DNA of 24,000 nucleotides, taken from Solirubrobacterales bacterium. GTDB taxonomy: Bacteria; Actinomycetota; Thermoleophilia; Solirubrobacterales; Solirubrobacteraceae. The stretch covers positions 274,942 through 298,941 of the forward strand of contig JAWKKD010000001.1 in NCBI GenBank assembly GCA_041393435.1, read 5' to 3'. Positions within the stretch are counted from its first letter, which is position 1; each line of letters begins with the position of its first letter. Below, piece by piece: positions 14,650 through 22,119 of this stretch. A program made the translations under genes and the position numbers. The notes beneath the pieces are model-generated. The model saw only the letters and a list, made by a program, of their open reading frames with translations, was not told the DNA's origin and did no database searches.

Positions 14650-17600
14650 TCAGCGACCAGCGGCCGGGTGGGTGGGCCGGATTCGCCGTCGCGCCCCGCC
14701 GCCGCGCACCGAAGCGCCGCGCCGCGGGCGGGCCGCCTTCTGCGCCCGCGCGAGCGTCAGCCGCGGCGCCCGCAGCGGCGCCCACGCGTCGTTGGTCACC
14801 TCGCCCGCCCAGACCAAGTCCCACAGCGCCTCCTGCACCTGCTCGGGCGACAGCGCGAGCTCGGCGAGGAGGTCGGTGAAGAAGCACGGCGCCGCGGCGA
14901 TGCGCTCGCGCACCGCGTCGTGCTCGGGCTGGGAGGGCGTCTCGGCATCTCGGCGCGGCGGCGGGCCGATCGCCTCCGCGTCCTCGCGGAAGTACAGCGC
15001 CACGCGCCCGGTCGAGCGCCCGAGCGACCCGGCCCCCACCCACACGACCTCGCCCGACGCGCAGAGCTGGTCCAGCCACGTCGGCGAGTACGCACCGGTC
15101 CGCCGCGGCAGCACGTCGCGCTCCCACACCTCGGCCGGCAGCGCCAGCCCCTGCAGCGCCACGAGCGCCTCGCGCAGGCGGTCGATCCCCGCGCCCGCCG
15201 CCGGGTGACGGTCCACGCCCTGCCACGACGGCAGGAACGCTGCGAACGCCCGCTGGTCGGCGGGCTCGATCTCCTGGCGCAGCACCGCCAGCGACGCGCG
15301 CCGCAGCCGCCGCAGCACCTCGGGGTCGCACCACTCCCGCTCCGAGCCGCCCGGCCGCAGCTCGCCGCGCACCAGCTCGCCCGCCGCCTCGAGCGCCGCC
15401 AGCGCCGCCGACGCGTCCACGCGGTAGCGCGCCCGCAGCTCGGCCGTGGTGAACGGCCCGTGCGTGCGCGCGTAGCGCGCCGCCAGCCGCTGCAGCGCCT
15501 CGGGCACGTCGGCCACGAACGCCGACGGCAGCCCGCTCGGCGCCACGACGCCGAGCGCGTCGCGGTACAGCCCCGCGTCGTCGGCGGCGATCCAGCGCTC
15601 CTCGCCGGCGATCCGCACGCGCACGGCGCGCCGCTCGCCGGCCAGCGCGTCGAGCATCGCCGCGGCGTCCAGCCCGGCCAGGACCCGGGCGCGCACCTCG
15701 TCCGGCGCCAGGTCGCCCAGCCGCCGCAGCACGTCGGCCAGCGCGTCGCGCGAGTCGGCCTGGGTGCGCGGCGAGCGGTGCTGCAGGTCGTCCTCGACCT
15801 GCGCCAGCGCGCCGGCGTCGATGAGGTCGCGCAGCTCCTCCTGGCCGAGCAGCTCGCGCAGCAGGTCGCGGTCCAGCGACAGCGCCGCGGCCCGCCGCTC
15901 GGCGTTGGGCGCGTCGCCCTCGTACATGTACGTGGCGACGTAGTCGAACAGCAGCGACGACGCGTACGGCGACGCGGTCGGGGTCTCGACCTCGACCAGC
16001 GAGAGCTCCCGGCAGTGCAGCGCGCTGAGCAGCTCGACGAGGCCGGGCAGGTCGAGCACGTCGCGCAGGCACTCGCGGTAGGTCTCGAGCACGATCGGGA
16101 AGTCCGCGTAGCGCTTGGCCACTTCCAGCAGCGACTGCGCCTTCAGGCGCTGCTGCCACAGCGGCGTGCGCCGGCCCGGGTAGGCACGCGGGATCAGCAG
16201 CGCCCGGGCGGCGTTCTCGCGGAAGCGCGCGCCGAACAGCGCGCTGGCCCCCAGCTCGGCGACCACGAGGTCCTCGACCTCGTCGGGCTCGACGAGCACG
16301 AGATCGGCGCCCGGGGGCTCGTCCGCGTCGGGCAGGTGGACGATGATGCCGTCGTCGGACCAGATCGCGTCGGACTCCAGGCCGAACTGGTCGCGGATCC
16401 GCGCGCTCAGCGCCAGCGACCACGCCGCGTGCACCCGGCCGCCGTAGGGCGAGAGCACGCACAGCCGCCAGTCGCCGATCTCGTCGCGGAAGCGCTCGAC
16501 CACCACCGTCCGGTCGCTGGGCACCACGCGCGTCGCCGCCTGCTGCTCGCGCAGGAAGTCGAGCAGGTTCTTCGCGGCGAACGCGTCGAGGTCGTAGTCG
16601 CGCTCGAGCACCTCGGCCGGCTGGTCGACCGCCCAGCGGGCGAACTCCCCGATCGCGAGGCCGAGCTCCTTCGGCCGCCCCACCCCGTCGCCCTTCCAGA
16701 ACGGCACCGCGCCCGGCACGCCCGGCGCGGGCGTCACGACGACCCGGTCGCGCCCGATCTCCTCGATGCGCCACGACGACGCGCCGAGCAGGAAGGTCTG
16801 GCCCGGCCGCGCCTCGTAGACCATCTCCTCGTCGAGCTCGCCGACCCGCCGGCCATCGGGCAGCGTCACGCTGAACAGCCCGCGGTCGGGGATCGTGCCC
16901 GCGTTGGTGATCGCCAGCTGGCGGGCGCCGCGGCGCGGGCGGATCGTCCCGGCCACCCGGTCCCACACGATCCGCGCCCGCAGCTCGCCGAACTCGGCCG
17001 ACGGGTAGCGCCCGTCGAGCATGTCGAGCACGTTCTCCAGCAGCGCGCGCGGCAGCTCGCCGTAGGAGTGGGTGCTGGTGACCAGCGCGTGGAGGTCGTC
17101 GACGGCGACCGCCCCGTCCTCCGGGGCGCTCGCCGCGATCGCGACGATCTGCTGGGCGAGCACGTCGAGCGCGTTGCGCGGCACGACGGTCGGCTCGATG
17201 CGGCCCTCGCGCATGCGCCGCGCGACGACCGCGCACTCGAGCAGGTCGCTGCGGAACTTCGGGAAGATGCGGCCCTTGGAGACGTCGCCGACATTGTGGC
17301 CCGCGCGCCCGATGCGCTGCAGCCCGGCGGCGACCGACTTCGGCGACTCGACCTGCAGCACGAGGTCGACGGCGCCCATGTCGATGCCGAGCTCCAGCGA
17401 CGACGTGGCGACCAGGCACGGCAGCTCGCCGGCCTTGAGCATCTCTTCGACGACGGTGCGCTCCTCGCGGGCCAGCGAGCCGTGGTGGGCGCGCGCGATG
17501 TCCTCTTCGGCAAGCTCGTTGAGGCGCAGCGCGAGCCGCTCCGCCGCCCGGCGGGCGTTGACGAACACGATCGTCGAGCGGTGCGCGCGGACCAGCTCGA

Positions 17601-18393
17601 GCAGCTGCGGGTAGATCGCCGGCCAGATCGAGCGGCGCGTGGCCTCCGTGCCCCCGAATCCATCCCCACCCACACCGAGCTCCGCGCCGCCGTCGGGCTC
17701 GACCATCGACTCGACCGGCACCTGGATGCGGATGTCGAGCGGCTTGCTCACGCCGGCGTCCACCACGCGGCACCGGCGTCGCGGCCCGACCATGAAGCGC
17801 CCGACCTCCTCGAGCGGGTTCTGCGTCGCGCTCAGCCCGATTCGCTGGACCGACCCGCCGGCGGCCTCGTCCAGGCGCTCCAGCGTCAGGGCCAGGTGCG
17901 CGCCGCGCTTGGTCGACGCCACCGCGTGGATCTCGTCCACGATCACCGCCTCGACGCCGGTCAGCATCTCCCGCGCCTGCGAGGTGAGGATGAGGTACAG
18001 CGACTCCGGCGTCGTGATGAGGACGTCGGGCGGATGGCGGCGCATCGCGGCCCGCTCGCGCTGCGGCGTGTCGCCGGTGCGGATGGCGATCCGGAGGTCT
18101 GCGCCGATCCCGCGCAGCGGCGCGCGCAGGTTGCGCTCGATGTCGTAGGACAGCGCCTTCAGCGGCGAGACGTAGACGAGCCGCGTCGAGCCGTCGCCCG
18201 GCTCCTGGGCCAGCTTGTCGAGCGCCCACAGGAACGCGGCCAGCGTCTTGCCCGACCCCGTCGGCGCCGAGAGCAGCACGTGCTCGCCCGACGCGATCGC
18301 CGGCCACGCCTGCTCCTGCGCGGGGGTCGGCGCCGCGAACGCGGATCGAAACCAGTCGCGGACACGAGGGGAGAAGTGCGCGAGCGCGTCCAC
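14650..18393 (-). CDS. lhr: Lhr-family ATP-dependent DExH-box helicase, main ORF (1247 aa), truncated by a frameshift relative to a full-length gene of about 1468 codons spanning 13987..18393
   Basis: The start is GTG at 18393. The translation is MDALAHFSPRVRDWFRSAFAAPTPAQEQAWPAIASGEHVLLSAPTGSGKTLAAF (Walker A), VIVDEIHAV (DEIH), SATQ, ...HHGSLAREER...ATSSLELGIDMG...QVESPKSVAAGLQRIGRAGH (motif VI), then the long Lhr-specific WH/domain-4 and C-terminal-domain sequence up to ...LWDLVWAGEVTNDAWAPLRAP. Confidence 0.95.
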   Translation of the reverse strand: MDALAHFSPRVRDWFRSAFAAPTPAQEQAWPAIASGEHVLLSAPTGSGKTLAAFLWALDKLAQEPGDGSTRLVYVSPLKALSYDIERNLRAPLRGIGADLRIAIRTGDTPQRERAAMRRHPPDVLITTPESLYLILTSQAREMLTGVEAVIVDEIHAVASTKRGAHLALTLERLDEAAGGSVQRIGLSATQNPLEEVGRFMVGPRRRCRVVDAGVSKPLDIRIQVPVESMVEPDGGAELGVGGDGFGGTEATRRSIWPAIYPQLLELVRAHRSTIVFVNARRAAERLALRLNELAEEDIARAHHGSLAREERTVVEEMLKAGELPCLVATSSLELGIDMGAVDLVLQVESPKSVAAGLQRIGRAGHNVGDVSKGRIFPKFRSDLLECAVVARRMREGRIEPTVVPRNALDVLAQQIVAIAASAPEDGAVAVDDLHALVTSTHSYGELPRALLENVLDMLDGRYPSAEFGELRARIVWDRVAGTIRPRRGARQLAITNAGTIPDRGLFSVTLPDGRRVGELDEEMVYEARPGQTFLLGASSWRIEEIGRDRVVVTPAPGVPGAVPFWKGDGVGRPKELGLAIGEFARWAVDQPAEVLERDYDLDAFAAKNLLDFLREQQAATRVVPSDRTVVVERFRDEIGDWRLCVLSPYGGRVHAAWSLALSARIRDQFGLESDAIWSDDGIIVHLPDADEPPGADLVLVEPDEVEDLVVAELGASALFGARFRENAARALLIPRAYPGRRTPLWQQRLKAQSLLEVAKRYADFPIVLETYRECLRDVLDLPGLVELLSALHCRELSLVEVETPTASPYASSLLFDYVATYMYEGDAPNAERRAAALSLDRDLLRELLGQEELRDLIDAGALAQVEDDLQHRSPRTQADSRDALADVLRRLGDLAPDEVRARVLAGLDAAAMLDALAGERRAVRVRIAGEERWIAADDAGLYRDALGVVAPSGLPSAFVADVPEALQRLAARYARTHGPFTTAELRARYRVDASAALAALEAAGELVRGELRPGGSEREWCDPEVLRRLRRASLAVLRQEIEPADQRAFAAFLPSWQGVDRHPAAGAGIDRLREALVALQGLALPAEVWERDVLPRRTGAYSPTWLDQLCASGEVVWVGAGSLGRSTGRVALYFREDAEAIGPPPRRDAETPSQPEHDAVRERIAAAPCFFTDLLAELALSPEQVQEALWDLVWAGEVTNDAWAPLRAPRLTLARAQKAARPRRGASVRGGGARRRIRPTHPAAGR

Positions 18394-18399
18394 CCACCC

Positions 18400-18427
18400 A
18401 TCCTACGCCGATCAGAACACCAGTTCG
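18400..18427 (-). promoter_or_regulatory. LexA-type SOS (Cheo) box plus a -10 element directly upstream of the lhr GTG (apparently leaderless)
   Basis: The minus strand reads CGAAC-TGGT-GTTCT (complement of 18414-18427; core GAAC-N4-GTTC perfect), then 9 nt, then TAGGAT (complement of 18400-18405, TANNNT), then 6 nt, then GTG at 18393. Confidence 0.5.
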
Positions 18428-18440
18428 CGTGCGGCGCCGG

Positions 18441-19195
18441 TCAGCGCGCGAGGCCGGCCAGCTCGCGCGCCCGCACGAACACGGCGTCGGTCATCGGCTC
18501 GGTGAGCTTGCCGGTGAACGTGTTCTGCTGGGAGGGTGAAAGCAGCCCAGCAGCGTGTGGCCGGCGACCGACGCCTCGGCCAGGTGGCCGAACTTCGGCC
18601 GCGGGCGCACCGGCCCGAGGATCCGCAGCGCGGCGTCCCACGCGAAGGCGCCGAGGCAGACGATCACCCGCACGTCGTCGATCAGCTCGAGCTCCTGCGC
18701 CGCGTAGGGCAGGCAGCGGTCGCGCTCCTGCGGCGTCGGCCGGTTGGCCGGCGGCGCGCAGCGCACGGCGGCGGCGACCCACAGGCCGGTCAGCTGCAGG
18801 CCGTCGTCGATCGCGACCGACGTCGGCTGGTTGGCGAACCCGGTCCGGTGCATCGAGGCGAACAGCCAGTCGCCGGAGCGGTCGCCGGTGAAGATGCGGC
18901 CGGTGCGGTTGGCGCCGTGGGCGGCGGGCGCCAGGCCGAGCACGAACACCCGCGCCGCCGGGTCGCCGAACCCGGGCACCGGCCGGCCCCAATAGGTCTG
19001 GTCGGCGAACGCGGCGCGCTTGACTCGCGCCACCTCCTCGCGCCACGCCACCAGGCGCGGACACGCCCGGCAGGTGGTGATGCGGGCCTCGAGCGCGGCG
19101 AGGGCGCCGTCGCGCTCGGCTCGGGCTGGAGCGGGCGGGCCGGCACCGTCCGGGGCCGGCCCGCGGCCCTCAGCGCGACGTCTCGAGGAGGCCAA
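18441..19195 (-). CDS. udgB: Family-5 uracil-DNA glycosylase (UdgB, Fe-S type). There is an apparent -1 frameshift near the 3' end as sequenced, and the intact ORF part is 18491..19195.
   Basis: The translation is ...ARITTCRACPRLVAWREEVA...FVLGLAPAAHGANRTGRIFTGDRSGDWL...AAVRCAPPANRPTPQERDRCLPY...VCLGAFAWDA...HTLLGCFHP. The expected motif-B continuation SQQNTFTGKLTEPMTDAVFVRARELAGLAR* is in the other frame (ORF 18441..19064). The junction is at the minus-strand sequence TTTCACCCTCCCAGCAG (about 18528-18540). Confidence 0.88.
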
Positions 19196-19805
19196 GGGCC
19201 AGCCGCTCGATGATCGGCTCGAGCTCCATCAGGTCCGCGGGCTGGCCGAGGCGCAGCTGGCGCGAGCACAGCTCGGCCGCGGCGCCGACGATCGCGAACG
19301 CGTCGTGCTCGGAGCGGAACCGCGGCGTGCCGTGCTTGTGGTGCGCGGCGGCGTTCTCGGCCTCGACGAGCGCGGCGAAGCGCTCGAGCATCGCGTCGCG
19401 CCGCTCCACGGCGCGCGGCCCCGCGCCGATGATCTCCACCAGCAGCGTCTGCGCCCGCCGCGGGTCCTCGGCCAGCGTCTCCAGGAACGCCCGCCCGCCG
19501 GCGCGGATCTGCGCCTCCGGCTCCTCGGGCACCTGGCTGGTGGCCGCCGCCATCCGCGCCACGAGCTGCTCGGCGGACTCGTCGAACAGCGCGAGGATCG
19601 CGTCCTCTTTGTTCGTGAAGTGCTCGTAGAAGGTCGCCTTCGACATCCCCGCCTCGCGGCTGATCGCCTCGGCGGTCGCCTTGGCGTAGCCCTGCTCGGC
19701 GAAGACCGCCGCCGCGGCCGTGAGCAGCCGCTCACGCTGAACCTCGAGGCGCACCTCCAGCGGCGGCGCGTGCCGGCCGCGGGGGACGGAGACGGGACGG
19801 TTCAC
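19170..19805 (-). CDS. TetR/AcrR-family transcriptional regulator, 211 aa
   Basis: RERLLTAAAAVFAEQGYAKATAEAISREAGMSKATFYEHFTNKEDAILALF is a canonical TetR N-terminal HTH. The start is GTG at 19805, and the 3' end overlaps the udgB start by 26 nt. Confidence 0.9.
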   Translation of the reverse strand: MNRPVSVPRGRHAPPLEVRLEVQRERLLTAAAAVFAEQGYAKATAEAISREAGMSKATFYEHFTNKEDAILALFDESAEQLVARMAAATSQVPEEPEAQIRAGGRAFLETLAEDPRRAQTLLVEIIGAGPRAVERRDAMLERFAALVEAENAAAHHKHGTPRFRSEHDAFAIVGAAAELCSRQLRLGQPADLMELEPIIERLALGLLETSR

Positions 19806-19811
19806 GAGCGC

Positions 19812-19825
19812 AGTGTAGATAGGCT
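19812..19825. promoter_or_regulatory. Back-to-back -10 elements for divergent, apparently leaderless transcripts (TetR and lipoprotein)
   Basis: On the minus strand, TACACT (complement of 19812-19817) lies 6 nt before the TetR GTG (19805). On the plus strand, TAGGCT (19820-19825) lies 7 nt before the lipoprotein GTG (19833). The whole intergenic region is only 27 nt. Confidence 0.35.
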
Positions 19826-19832
19826 CCGGGCC

Positions 19833-20252
19833 GTGCGATTCACGCCAGCCGTCATCCTCGCCTTGCTCGCCGCGCTCGCGCTGGCCGGCTGCTCGGGCCA
19901 GAAGAAGAACGACTCCGCCGCCGACTTCACAGGCGACCAGAAGGCCGTCGCGCAGGTCGTCGACGACCTCAGCAACGCCGGGTCCGACAAGAACACCAAG
20001 GAGATCTGCGCGACGATCTTCGCCCCGGAGGTCGCCGACCAGCTCAAGCAGGGCGACAACGACTGCCAGAGTGTCGTCGAGGAGCAGCTCAAGGACGCCA
20101 ACGCGTTCGACCTCGACGTGACGTCGGTCAAGGTCACCGGCGACACCGCCACGGCTCGCGTCACATCGAAGTACGACGGCCAGAACGAGGTCAAGACGCT
20201 GCGCTTCCGCAAGGACGGGCAGGCGTGGCGGCTCGTCGGCCTCGCGCAGTAG
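19833..20252 (+). CDS. Small lipoprotein of unknown function (139 aa)
   Basis: This is the GTG at 19833 within ORF 19020..20252. The translation (M)RFTPAVILALLAALALAGCSGQKKND... has a lipobox L-A-G-C. The mature part is acidic and Lys-rich with two Cys (EICATIF, DNDCQSV) and a C-terminal beta-rich segment (VTSVKVTGDTATARVTSKYDGQNEVKTLRFRKDGQAWRLVG), reminiscent of NTF2/DUF4878-like lipoproteins. Confidence 0.78.
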   Translation: MRFTPAVILALLAALALAGCSGQKKNDSAADFTGDQKAVAQVVDDLSNAGSDKNTKEICATIFAPEVADQLKQGDNDCQSVVEEQLKDANAFDLDVTSVKVTGDTATARVTSKYDGQNEVKTLRFRKDGQAWRLVGLAQ

Positions 20253-20259
20253 CGCGCGG

Positions 20260-21255
20260 TCAGCCGAGCCGGCGCCCGTACTGGCGCTCGTAGTACTCGC
20301 GGTAGTCGCCGGAGCGGATCGGCTCCCACCACCACGCGTTGTCGCGGTACCAGCGCACGGTCCGCTCGAGCCCCTCCGCGAAGCGCACCTGCGCCTCCCA
20401 GCCCAGCGCCCGCACCTTCTCCGAGCCGAGGCTGTAGCGGCGGTCGTGGCCGGGGCGATCGGTGACGTACTCGACGATCGCGGGATCCGCGCCGGTCAGC
20501 TCGACGATGCGGTTGACGACCTCGATGTTCGGGCACTCGTCCGGACCGCCGACGTTGTAGGCCTCGCCCGCCGCGCCGTGCTCGAGCACGTGGCCGATGC
20601 CGCGGCCGAAGTCCTCGACGTAGAGCCAGTTGCGTACCTGCAGGCCGTCGCCGTAGACCGGCAGCGGGTCGCCGTGCAGGGCGTTGAGGACCATCAGCGG
20701 GATGAGCTTCTCCGGGTACTGGTACGGCCCGTAGTTGTTGGAGCCGCGGCAGATCACCGTCTCCAGGCCGTAGGTGTGGAAGTACGAGGAGACAAGCAGG
20801 TCGGCGCCTGCCTTGGACGCGCTGTAGGGGCTCGACGGCTGGATCGGCGACGCCTCGGTGAACGAGCCCTCCTCGATCGAGCCGTAGACCTCGTCGGTGG
20901 AGATCTGCACGTAGCGGGCGACCGCATGGCGGCGCGCGGCCTCGAGCAGCTCGTAGGTGCCCTGGCCGTTGGTCTTCACGAACGCGTCGGGCTCGGCGAT
21001 CGACCGGTCGACGTGCGTCTCCGCGGCGAAGTTGACGATGGCGTCGACGCCGCCGCCGATGGCGCGGTCGACCGCGCCGGCGTCCTCGATCGCCCCGACG
21101 ACGAGCTCGACCTCGGGCAGGTCGGCGAGGTTCTCGCGCCGCCCCGCGTAGGTCAGCTTGTCGAGCACGACCACCTCGTCGCCCTCGTCGCGCACGCGCA
21201 GGCGGACGAAGTTCGAGCCGATGAAGCCGGCCCCTCCACACACCAGCAGCCTCAT
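20260..21255 (-). CDS. rfbB: dTDP-glucose 4,6-dehydratase (RmlB/RfbB), 331 aa
   Basis: This is the internal ATG (21255) of ORF 20260..21966. The translation is MRLLVCGGAGFIGSNF (GxxGxxG), ...NFAAETHVDRS..., ...PSSPYSASKAGADLL (YxxxK), ...DGLQVRNWLYVED... The ATGA overlaps the rmlD stop. Confidence 0.95.
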   Translation of the reverse strand: MRLLVCGGAGFIGSNFVRLRVRDEGDEVVVLDKLTYAGRRENLADLPEVELVVGAIEDAGAVDRAIGGGVDAIVNFAAETHVDRSIAEPDAFVKTNGQGTYELLEAARRHAVARYVQISTDEVYGSIEEGSFTEASPIQPSSPYSASKAGADLLVSSYFHTYGLETVICRGSNNYGPYQYPEKLIPLMVLNALHGDPLPVYGDGLQVRNWLYVEDFGRGIGHVLEHGAAGEAYNVGGPDECPNIEVVNRIVELTGADPAIVEYVTDRPGHDRRYSLGSEKVRALGWEAQVRFAEGLERTVRWYRDNAWWWEPIRSGDYREYYERQYGRRLG

Positions 21256-22091
21256 CGGGCCGTCCTTTCCGCTAGATGTCCGGCAACGCCCTCCTGCCAC
21301 GGCGGCAGGAGGATCGGGTCGGGGCGCTCGCTGCCCAGCACGCTGTAGGCCGGTCGCGGCGCCGGGCGCTTGAACGCCTCGCTCGTCGTCGGCAGCACGC
21401 GGCAGCTCAGACCCGCCTGGTCGAAGATCTCCAGGGCCAGCTCGTTCCACGAGCACGCGCCCCGTCCGGCGATGTGGTGGATGCCGAAGTCGCCGCGCTC
21501 GGCCACCTCGATCAGCGCGTCGGACAGATGGCCGGTCCACGTGGGGCAGCCGATCTGGTCGGTGACCACGCTGACCTCCTCGCGCTCGGCGCCCAGGCGC
21601 AGCATCGTGTCGACGAAGTTCGTCCCGCCCACCCCGAACACCCAGGCGGTGCGCACGATCGCGTGGCGGGGGGTGGCATCGGCGACCTGCTCCTCGCCGC
21701 GCAGCTTGGTCAGCCCGTAGACCGACTGCGGGTCGACCGGATCGCTCTCCACCCAGGGCTCGTCCTTGTGGCCGTTGAAGACGTAGTCGGTCGAGACGTG
21801 GACGATGCGCGCGTCGGCCTGCGCGCCGGCCCGGGCGATGTTGCCGGCGCCGGTGCCGTTGACCGCCATCGCGCCGTCGAAGTCGCTCTCCGCGCCGTCG
21901 ACGTCGGTCCAGGCGGCGCAGTTGACGATCGCGTCGGGGGCGATGTCCTCCACCACGCGCAGGCACGCCGCTTCGTCGGCGATGTCGAGGTCCACGTGCG
22001 TGCAGGCCGCGACGTCGTGGCCCAGCGCGACCGCCCGCTCGCCCACGCGATGCCCGAGCATGCCTCCAGCGCCGGTGATGAGGAGCTTCAC
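21252..22091 (-). CDS. rfbD: dTDP-4-dehydrorhamnose reductase (RmlD/RfbD), 279 aa
   Basis: MKLLITGAGGMLG..., ...VNCAAWTDVDGAE..., ...VHVSTDYVFNG..., ...PQSVYGLTKLRGE (YxxxK), ...IVRTAWVFG... Confidence 0.93.
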   Translation of the reverse strand: MKLLITGAGGMLGHRVGERAVALGHDVAACTHVDLDIADEAACLRVVEDIAPDAIVNCAAWTDVDGAESDFDGAMAVNGTGAGNIARAGAQADARIVHVSTDYVFNGHKDEPWVESDPVDPQSVYGLTKLRGEEQVADATPRHAIVRTAWVFGVGGTNFVDTMLRLGAEREEVSVVTDQIGCPTWTGHLSDALIEVAERGDFGIHHIAGRGACSWNELALEIFDQAGLSCRVLPTTSEAFKRPAPRPAYSVLGSERPDPILLPPWQEGVAGHLAERTAR

Positions 22092-22119
22092 GTCGCGTCG
22101 CCTCGCCCGAGACGAACCA

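Noticed and set aside
13939-18891. 1650-aa ORF on the plus strand, together with the 1559-aa alternative-frame minus ORF 13718..18397
   Set aside because: Both are Arg/Ala/Pro/Gly-rich with no recognisable motifs, and they lie exactly antisense to or out of frame with the well-supported lhr and udgB genes. These are typical stop-codon-poor shadow ORFs of very GC-rich DNA.
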